49,937 bases of DNA. Source: Saprolegnia diclina VS20. Lineage: Eukaryota. The notes beneath the pieces are model-generated. The model had not been told where the DNA came from, ran no database searches, and saw only the letters and a program-made list of their open reading frames with translations. The first letter of the stretch is position 1, and each line of letters starts with the position of its first letter. Below, in pieces: positions 41,701-49,937 of the stretch. Made by a program: the position numbers and the translations under genes. The DNA lies in the NCBI RefSeq assembly GCF_000281045.1, contig NW_008246103.1:305851-355787 (forward strand). Direction: 5' to 3'.

Positions 41701-44700
41701 GTGGACCGTAGGACTTCCAGTCGCCGGACGAGAGTCTCAGTGTACGTCCACGATTCTTCATTTCTACTCGTGTCGTGATGCGAGGTCGTCTTGATAGCCC
41801 GAGCAGCACCTCCTTCGTGCCGCCTTCTTTGGTATCAAGGAGGTGGCTGCAGCGCTGTTTGACCAAGGTGTGCCGATCGAGTCGGCGAGTAGAGTACGCG
41901 TGACGCGACTGATGGATTGGTGCATGAGATGGCGTGCGTAGGTCGGCCAGACGACACTTTTGCTTGCCGTTGCCGGCCGCCAGCCCCAGATGGTTGTGAT
42001 GCTTCTGGCGCGCGGTGCCAATGCGAATGCGGCGGACGAGGTAGGCGCGCTCCGAGGAACCTTGGATGCGAACCATGCTAGATCGGGAGCGCCGTGCACC
42101 TGGCTGCCGATACGAACCAACTCGACGTCTTGAACGCGCTCATTAGCGCCGGTGCCGCTCTCGACGCGCTTGACACGGTACGCCGTTGCTGTCATCTGCA
42201 CGACTCGCGTTGACAGGCGCGTATGTAGTATGGCTCGACGCCGCTGCATATGGCTGCAATGCATGGACACTTGCCTCTCGTGATCGCACTCGTGACGGCT
42301 GGTGCCGACATTAACCTCCGCGATGCGGTGCGCCAGCGCTTCGAATACGCAACCTTCTTACACAAATTTGCATGGTCTAGCGGGGGGCCACAGCGTTGAT
42401 GCGTGCTCTCTTCGGCAGCCACGTGCCGACAGCCAAACTGCTTCTCGATGCTGGCGCCAATGTCAACGACGATGCGGTACGTCCAAGTATGCCACATCGA
42501 TCAGAGATGACCACAAGGTGTAGTGGGGTGAGAGTCCGCTCTTCCTGGCCTGTCGCTTGGGCCTCACATCGCTTGTGCCGCAACTTGTCGACCTTGGCGC
42601 CGACGCGACGGCACTCTACCACGTACTCCATCTCCGTACTCGCTTGCCTCTTTGACGCGGTGAGTGTTTGTTAGGCGGGCCTGACACCGCTGCACATTGC
42701 GATTCAGGAAGGCCATGCCGAGATCGTATCGATGCTGCTCGCCTCACCGCGTGGTGTCGTCAACCAGCGCGACGCCGTACGACGCGTCTATAGACGGCAA
42801 CTCATGTCTGTGACATAGCGAGGCACGACGCTCCTGCATTTGGCCGTCGCCACCGGTCACGTCAACGTCGTTGACGTGTTTTTAAACGCGGGCTTTGACT
42901 TTGACGTGACCAATTACGTACAAAGCGTCTTCCGATGCGGCTCGTCACCGCTGCGTAGGATGGTGACACGCCGTGGGGCCTCGCCCAAAACAGCCGCAAC
43001 GCGGCACTCATCTCGCTGCTCGACGACGCTATCGAACACGTAGGAACCGACGACGCCTTGCTGCAACGACGCGCATGACAATTGTAGAAAGAGGCCCTTC
43101 TCGAGGCAGCCAAGCACGGTGCCGTGGATTGCGTACACATGCTGCTGGAGCGCCCGCTCAGCGCTAACGTCACGGACGAGGTACACGATGTCTCTTTGGC
43201 GTTTGGCACATCGTATCGTGCTTGACAGGTCGGGTGCTCGCTCGTGCATTGGGCGGTCATGACGCACAATGCGGCCCTCTTGGAGCTGCTACTGAAGCAG
43301 CCGCATCTGGACGTCGATACGCACAACCATGTACGACACGAATGCGAGGTAGTACACGCTTACCGCATTGTCGTCGAGTAGGAAGGGAAAACGCCACTCT
43401 CGTTGGCCATCCAGCGTGGTCACTCGGACATCGCCGACATGATCTTTCGTCACAAGCAACGTCCCGTCGACGAGGTATGTGCGTCAGCATCTATAGGACG
43501 TACACCTGCATGGACGTACTTAGATCACGCTGAACGACATCAAAGACGTTCACTCTCACCTTGGGGTCGGGGGCAACGGCAGCGTCTCCAAGGGCTCGTA
43601 CCGCGGGCGATTCGTTGCTGTCAAGTGCCCCAACAACGCTGCGCATGTCCGGTCGTTCCGAACTGAAATCAACGCGATGCTCTCGTCTCTCTACCTCTTG
43701 TTGCATGTTCCGATCTCTAACAGTCGTCGTAGGTGTGCGTCACCGTACTTGGTGGAGCTTTTGGCGATCGCCGATCGCCATTCGGAGTCACCGGCGCTCG
43801 TTCTCGAATTCATGGACGGGGGCAGTCTGCGCACGTACCTCGATAAGAAGCTGGCTGGTGCGCCAACGTCCCTCAACATGACCAAGCTCGAGGTCGCGTG
43901 GGTCGTTGCCAACGCGCTGCAGAGCTTGCACTCGATGGGCTTTGCCCACGGCGACATCAAGAGCCTCAACGTGCTCGTCGGTAGCATGGGCTACATCAAG
44001 GTCGGCGATTTGGGCGCGGCTCGCGAGCGCGCAACAATTTTGACAGCCGTGCCCGGCACACTCTACTGGACCGCGCCTGAGGCACTCCGCACTGGTAGCT
44101 CGGGGCGCTACGGGATCGAAGCCGACGTCTATGCTTTTGGTGTGCTCCTCACGGAGCTTGACACGCTCCAATTGCCGTACTACGACCAGCCTTCCATGAC
44201 TTCCATGCCTCGCGCTGCATTTGTAAACAGCGTGCTCGACGGCTCCCTCCGCCCGACGCTCCGTGACAACTGTGAGCCATGGTACCGAGCGTTGACAGAG
44301 CAGTGCCTTTTGGCGGATCCCGATGCACGTCCGACGGTCACCGAGATCCTTGGGACATTGCAGACGCACGTCTCCGCGGCGGTGGCAAGCAAGGATGTAC
44401 GTATGTGTGCTTCTCCGGTATAGATGTGAGACATGTCTTTGCGCTAGGCATTTGACGCCTTGCACCGCGCGCTCACGAACGACATGGCCTCCGTCGTTGA
44501 AGCGCAGCTCGCTGCGGGCATGGACCCCAATGCACTCTTGCCAGTAAACATCTTTGGGCATCCGATGACGATGCCATCTCGCTACCTCTAGGGCGACGCG
44601 ACGCCGCTGTATCTGGCGACGATGTGCAACGCCAAGGACTGCGTCCAAGTGCTGTTGGCGTCTGGTGCGGACGTCGACGCGCGTGTGGTTGGTTGCATCG

Positions 44701-46932
44701 TCGTCGAGAGCCAAGCAAATGATGCGGCGTAGGACGGTCGGACGCCGCTGCATTTGGCGGCCAGTACACAGCGGTACCCGATTGTCGATGGGCTTGTGCG
44801 CGCCGGCGCCGCCGTTGACGCTCGAACCGAGGTTTGCCAACATATTGTCTTGGCTCACGACAGCATTGATGTAGAAGGACGGAGCGACGCCGCTGCTGTA
44901 CGCCGTCATCAACATGGATGCGGTTGGCGTAGTGCAGCTCCTGGATGCCGACGCCGACGTTCGTATCTCGCCCAGAGTGGTAGCAGCGCGTTCGCCGATG
45001 GAGCTGACATTTATACCGGATGGCATTAGGGACCGACGCTTCTCGAAGAAGCCGAATCGAACGAGTCGATGGCTGCTCTCCTGCCGCTCTTGAGGGCGGC
45101 GTCCGTTCGTGTACGTGACCCTCTTCGATCGCTTTGAGACAAGTGCCAACGAATCACGCTGCAGGAAGAGTTGCTTCGGACACTGGACATGGCTTGCACC
45201 AACTGCGGCAGCCGGCACGCAATAAAAGCGGCTTGTAGCGCATGCGACCATATTCCATCGACGCACGACAAGCTCGTCGTGCTGCTGCGGCGGCTACGAA
45301 CGCTGCACAAGCGAGGCCTCGTCATCAACTGGGCGATGCGCTGCCGAATGTGTAACTTGCTGTTCGACTTTAACGCCGTGTGCACTGGCTGTCATGCACC
45401 AAGTCCAGCCCAGTCGGACGAGGACGACACGCTCCGGCTGCTACTCGCGCGCCTCCGAGCCGCGCTCAACAACAACGTTGCTCGCCTCGCACAGGTGTCC
45501 CAAGCGCCCGCGCCGTTGTCTCACATGTATTCTGCAGGAGTCGGTACCAGCGCTTCCAGACGGCGTGCATGAGCTTCTTCGGGTACTCGACATCGGCACG
45601 GCCGAGGAGCGCCGCGTGGCAGCGATCTGCGCACAGGCCGCGAACGAGCGTGAACACGCGACGGTGGGACTTGCTCCACTCCACCCTCCGATGCACCCAG
45701 GCTAAGACGGCAATCCTTATAGCAATTGGTGCAAGCCACACAAGAAGGTGACGCGGTTGCACTCCAGCGCCTTCTCGACGTCTCATGCCGCCCCAACTGC
45801 ACGGACGAGGTGCAACGAACGACCAACCAGCTAATGGTCAAGAAGTCAACGTCATGGATAGAACGGCAACCCACTTGTCCACATTGCCGTGCAAACGCGC
45901 AACGTCGCGGTTTTGCAGGTTCTGCTTCAAGCCCCCGGCGTCGATCTGGGGGCGACCAATTCGGTATGCTCCCAGCTCCAATCTGGCGTCGCTTTCTCAA
46001 GGCGCGTAGGACGGAAAGACGGCACTGGCCGAAGCTCTCGCGCGCGGCGATATGAGCGCCATGCGCGCACTGCACGGCGCGCTCTGCGCACCGGTGGGCA
46101 CGGTACGGTGACCTTTACATAGCGTTCGGTACAGATTCTCAAACGACGCGCAGATTGCAAGCGACGAGCTGCCAACGCCGGGTGAGGCAGTCGGCCTCCG
46201 AATCGCAGACGAGCGCTACCTCTCGCCGGCGGCCAACGAGCCTGTTGACGCGATCCTCTCGTACAATATCGCATTTTGTGTGCATACTGCTTGACATCAT
46301 TGTGTAGGTTTTCGTCGCCGTTCGTGGTGCCTATCTTTGCACAGACCGGGCCCGATACCGTCGCGGTCGAGCACCTGGACGAGGGAGATCTTCGGAACCT
46401 CCTCTGTCACGTGCCGCGCGAGCACCGCTTTAGTTCGTACGAGCTGGTTCAAGTCCAAGTCGCATACTGCATCGCCAACGCGCTCGCCGATTGCCATGCG
46501 AGCGGCCTCGTGCACGGGCACCTCTCGAGCGACAACGTCTTCTTTTCCAGCCAGCATTTTATCAAGGTTGGTGTCCCCGGCACGACGCCGTACCGAGACG
46601 GCGCCAGCGCAATGCTGCGCTGGACGGCACCCGAGGTCCTCCGCGGGGACGCTCGCACAACGGCGTCCGACATGTACGCGCTTGGCGTGATTTTGACCGA
46701 GCTCGACACGCTCGAGCTGCCGTATGGCAACGACGACGTCGACGAAGCCGTGCTACGGGAGCTGGTACTCAACGGTTTCCGCCCGCCTCTCTCGGAGGAG
46801 TGCGAAGAAAACTACTCTAACATCGTCGCCCGTTGCGTGGCGCCAGAGCCGAGCGATCGGATGACTACAGCCGAGCTCGCAGCGATTCTGCAGCGAATTC
46901 TGGATGCTGCCGTCGTTCGTTATGGTATCTAA
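38738..46932 (+). CDS. Ankyrin-repeat TKL protein with three kinase domains: ANKx13-kinase1-ANKx12-kinase2-ANKx5-Zn ribbon x2-ANKx3-pseudokinase (about 44 exons)
   Basis: Manual splicing at GT-AG introns of about 41-70 bp gives an uninterrupted frame from MPSRKLLEAAASG to ...AAVVRYGI*. Kinases lie at 40664-41421, 43524-44396 and 46154-46932. An alternative model of 2-3 adjacent genes is possible. Confidence 0.75.
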
Positions 46933-47616
46933 CGTCGTCTGCTGCGGGTGCCGTACATACAAAATGAGTTTTCTTGCATCTACTAGCACTCGTGCGAACC
47001 ACCGGAAATTTGACGTGCCCATAGCCTGTCGTGGTGGGATCGGGCGGCGAAATGCTTTGTGAATTTTGTTTTACAAAGGAGCAACTCGCTTGGATCAGAA
47101 CTAAACTGTCAACAGCAGACAATCTGGGACACTCCATAGTGTCATAGCAAGGATCTATTATTTGGTTGTTGCGCTTGAGAGCTTCTGTCGGTAGAGCTCA
47201 TTCTACCCCAGTGTATGTCGTAGACGTCCCGGCCTTCTCAGTCCGAGTCGCAGCGATCGCGCCAACAAAAGAACCTCCGTCATAGTACCTTCGACCAGTG
47301 TAGTGAAAAACGTGGGGAGGATGAGGCTGACATAGGGGAGACTCATCGTGCCCTTTCTTTAGCACACTCGAGATAACGAACGTTTGAATTAAGCCATTTT
47401 TGCTTGGGAATCAACGTTGTAGCATAAAACATACGAGGAATTCTCAACTGCTAGTTGACCTGCTCGACTGCGGTAGGGTTGTGCGGGGTCCGTGGTCGTC
47501 ACGATGCACGCTGTAAGTACGACCTCGTGATCGAGCGAGAATGACAGAATCTTCCGTTGTTGTCACGTCGTTGCCACAGCGACGACAACACTTCCACATT
47601 GCACACTATAGACACA

Positions 47617-47661
47617 TGGGAACAGCTGGTGATAACGTGGGAACAGCTGGTGATAACGTGG
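47617..47661. repeat. 21-bp tandem duplication
   Basis: TGGGAACAGCTGGTGATAACG twice, followed by TGG. Confidence 0.85.
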
Positions 47662-48681
47662 TGCTGCGGAATGAACTGTACATAATATGTACACTAATTG
47701 AGCGTAACCAACATGCAACGCGCCACAAGTTGCCGAGCCCAAGCCTTGTGCCGCTGTCGCGAGCGTTGGCGCGTAGCTGACATGTTTATCATTGTGGCAA
47801 ATCATGCCATGAACGTAGCTCTTCACGAGGTTGCGTGCTGCAAGTGCAATCGGAGCTCGTCATCGTGTGCATGTCCTGTGCGCGGTCGCTCCCACCGCGG
47901 TGTTTATATGTGCACACTGAGACCGGAACGTCGTACCGCACTCGACAGGCCATATTCACCCCTCGTCTTTATGACAGCTCCTCTTCGCGACCCTCTCTCT
48001 ACCAATACAATGTAGCATGATGTACACGGGCAATATGTTTATACGAGGAGGCCCTTGACTGGACGCAGAGCTGGGACGCCATATATTATGGAAAACGCCA
48101 CATCGGAATGAGCATTGACGAGCTGTACGTCCAAGTCTCGCACAACTCTGATCCTCGCATCCAGGGTTACGTATGTCGGCGCTCATCCCAACTGGCGCAC
48201 GAGCGAGCTGTGTGGCAGTTGGGAAGATTGCTGTCTGTGAGGCTGCCTCGCGTGCGGCTTCGAATAGATAGATAAATTTTCATGCAGCGGCCGTTGTCTT
48301 CAGCGATATATATTAGAGTCGAAGGCTCGTTCGAATGGCAGATAAGCTCCGACCCGGGTTCAGCTTCGTCGTATGTCTCGGAACGCCAATGCCGCTCATT
48401 CTACGTAGTCCGACCGATCGCATCACTGCCAACAGTTCAAGGCAATTACCCCAAGCTGTGGGAGTATCGAACAAACGGACGATCTTCCACCCGTTTCAAC
48501 GTCGACGAGGTATATATTTTATAGTCCGAGACGGCTGAAAGATAGCACACCTATGCACTGTGGTGTGTGCGCTTGTCTCTACCACTTGTCTGTTGAAACT
48601 TGGAAGCTTACGACGCTATACGTGATAGCTCAGTGGTCGCCCCGTCATCCCCAATCAGTGGCTAATTTCCATTGCGCTGTC

Positions 48682-49434
48682 ATGGGCACATTTTTCTCTG
48701 GGCCGTCGTACAAGTACAAAGTCAATGTCGACGGCAACGGCAAACTTTTGCTCGCGCGGGGCCACACCAAACTGCTCAAGAAATACGCACCCAACTTTAC
48801 CGCCACGCGCGCACCGACGCCCAAGGACGAAGAGCTCATGACGCGGTCGTGGGAAGTCGTTATTGGCGCGAAATTACGCGCCGAGCTCGAGCGGCGAAAG
48901 CTCCAAGTCAACTCGGACCCGGACGCGCCGCCCGAGTCATCGGCCGTCGTTCAGTTCTACGACGTCTTCTTCACCAACTTGTACGCAATCGACCCGGCAA
49001 CGCGACCGGTCTTTCGTAATTCGATGCACGTACAAAGCAAGGCGTTGGTCAACATTGTCGGTGCGATCCGCCACATTTTGCACTCGGCCGATGCCACAAA
49101 TAACATTGCAGCCCTGGCACTGCGCCATATTCAGTATGGCGTCAAGCTCGAGTTCTTTGACAGCCTCGGCCTCGCCATGATTGAGACGCTGCGGTCGCTC
49201 GGCGGCAGTTTCTGGAGCGACGACGTTGGCGACGCGTGGCGCACGGTCATCGCATACATCATCTGCCTCCTCGTCCCACCGTACATGGAAGGCGCCCGCA
49301 GCAAGGAGCACAGACACTTGACGATGGCCACGTCGCGGTCTCGCACCAGCGCCTCCCGCGTCGCAGTCGGCGACACGCATCCGTCGTTCATTGCATCGAC
49401 AACACACCCCTCGACGACCGAAGTTGTCAGTTAG
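48682..49434 (+). CDS. Single-domain globin with an N-terminal MGxxxS motif
   Basis: A-helix TRSWEVV, FYDVFF (B10 Tyr), PATRPVF (CD1 Phe), VQSKAL (E7 Gln), LALRHIQYGV (proximal His F8), DAWRT. Starts MGTFFS. Confidence 0.88.
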   Translation: MGTFFSGPSYKYKVNVDGNGKLLLARGHTKLLKKYAPNFTATRAPTPKDEELMTRSWEVVIGAKLRAELERRKLQVNSDPDAPPESSAVVQFYDVFFTNLYAIDPATRPVFRNSMHVQSKALVNIVGAIRHILHSADATNNIAALALRHIQYGVKLEFFDSLGLAMIETLRSLGGSFWSDDVGDAWRTVIAYIICLLVPPYMEGARSKEHRHLTMATSRSRTSASRVAVGDTHPSFIASTTHPSTTEVVS

Positions 49435-49937
49435 AGATACAAAACCATGCCTACTATCGCCGTAGCTGACTAAGTTATCAAAATATGTCAACACTAGTCG
49501 AGTTGTTGTCTACTGGGTCGAGACAGCACCGATGCGGCGATGTCGCCGAGTACCGCCATGAGAAGTGGGCAGCGCCGCTTATTCTCTGGGGATCAAGTCC
49601 GCGATACGCATCGCGAGCTAACTCATCTCGACACACTACGGTGCCGAGACCACGCGATTGCTCAGTGCTTGTGAACGCCTTGGAGCCACTGCGATCTGGC
49701 ATTGGGCAATAGAGCGGAGCTTTTCATGTGCCACGTACAGTGAGCTCTAGCCGTCTAGTGTCGGTCGCTCGTGTTCTCCCTTCTCTCTCTATCTCTCTCT
49801 CTGACGTGTCACTCTGATGAACGTGATGGCGCAAAATCACAGGATCGCAATTACGGGCGTTTGATTGGCTCAAGATTATCCGGATATCCGGATAAACTGG
49901 CGAAGTGCAAACGCGCAATCAGAAAGTCCTGCAATGG

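Noticed and set aside
43788..45266. 492-aa minus-strand ORF over the kinase gene
   Set aside because: Antisense shadow with no motifs. The plus strand is fully explained by kinase and ANK exons.
1..49937. tRNA, rRNA, CRISPR arrays or prokaryotic defence operons
   Set aside because: None recognised by eye, and the sequence is intron-rich eukaryotic DNA. tRNAscan-SE/Infernal would be needed to exclude small RNAs.

Overview
This is eukaryotic, GC-rich, gene-dense DNA with many short (about 42-70 bp) GT-AG introns. The gene content and an oomycete-type core promoter suggest an oomycete, probably Saprolegniales (inference). In order along the window: a deleted hAT transposon; a 950-N assembly gap; two tandem secreted phospholipase D-like genes; a tandem-FYVE gene; an SLC43/FMP42-like transporter; IQCC-like and SMIM4-like genes; a long coiled-coil gene; THADA/Trm732; a small ankyrin gene and an ankyrin pseudogene fragment; a SufS-type cysteine desulfurase-TtcA fusion; a degenerate adenylate-forming enzyme; two tandem EI24-domain genes; a PKD2/TRPP-like channel; an ankyrin/triple-kinase gene; and an N-myristoylation-motif globin. 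Two short retroposon copies with target-site duplications are also present, one inserted in a stop codon. Best leads: (1) 38738-46932 splices by hand into one frame of about 44 exons, with about 33 one-repeat-per-exon ankyrin repeats, an RD kinase, a non-RD kinase, a double zinc ribbon and a pseudokinase; (2) the desulfurase-TtcA fusion could be a self-contained tRNA C32 thiolation enzyme and lies beside THADA, which also acts at tRNA position 32. All gene models were spliced by eye and no database searches were run.
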